Shown here: in pieces, positions 28,185-28,352 of the stretch
Layout: each line of letters starts with the position of its first letter
Position numbering within the stretch: the first letter of the stretch is position 1
DNA from: Thermodesulfobacteriota bacterium
GTDB lineage: Bacteria > Desulfobacterota_D > UBA1144 > Nemesobacterales > N074bin48
Assembly (NCBI GenBank): GCA_041572575.1
Contig: JBFFSH010000030.1
Span: 1 to 28,352, forward strand
Direction: 5' to 3'
Length of the DNA stretch: 28,352 bases
Made by a program: the position numbers and the translations under genes
The notes under the pieces: model-generated
Database searches by the model: none
What the model was told of the DNA's origin: nothing
Seen by the model: only the letters and a program-made list of their open reading frames with translations

Positions 28185-28352
28185 AATGCCTCCAGATTAG
28201 GATATTTAAGTAATAAATTTAGGAGCTCGCATAGGACAGCAAAGTATACTAAGCTGAAACTATGCAAAAGAAGTTACTTAAGAATACAAAACTATCAAAT
28301 AGTAAGATAAGCAAGCTAATACAAATGTTTGTATTGGAAGTGCCGGCATGTA

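Noticed and set aside
28185..28352. CIRCE or sigma32 heat-shock element upstream of dnaK
   Set aside because: No CIRCE inverted repeat or convincing CTTGAA-N13/14-CCCCAT. The region is cut by the window edge.
1..28352. CRISPR array, IS element, DGR or tandem repeat array
   Set aside because: No regularly spaced repeats, terminal inverted repeats, transposase, reverse transcriptase or cas genes were seen by eye. A self dot-plot would be the decisive test.

Overview
Gene-dense, AT-rich bacterial chromosomal segment, mostly core metabolism. It holds the 3' half of tRNA-Ala(GGC); a sensor kinase / REC-kinase / Cys-rich IPTL-CTERM surface protein cluster behind a sigma54-type promoter; PilZ, AGCS symporter and an orphan RskA-like anti-sigma gene; trpF-trpB-trpA plus a DHH phosphoesterase; an OmpA lipoprotein; a heme operon (HemD-HemE fusion, hemH, hemY, small lipoprotein); lysA-exbB-exbD-BASS-EamA; ddl; an FmdB zinc ribbon; a gene broken by one in-frame TAA; and dnaK-dnaJ. 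OmpA and ExbBD indicate a diderm host. The overall style suggests a deltaproteobacteria-like lineage such as Ca. Dadabacteria, but that is an unverified inference. No integrase, transposase, CRISPR array or clearly new multi-gene system is visible. Best leads: (1) an archaeal/monoderm-type DnaK with DnaJ, with Arg codon usage unlike trpB; (2) a near-consensus sigma54 promoter between trpB and trpA; (3) the HemD-HemE fusion in a Bacillus-like hemE-hemH-hemY operon; (4) the kinase pair linked to a 16-Cys sorted surface protein; (5) a 172-codon frame split by one TAA. All family assignments are from motif recognition by eye, not database searches.
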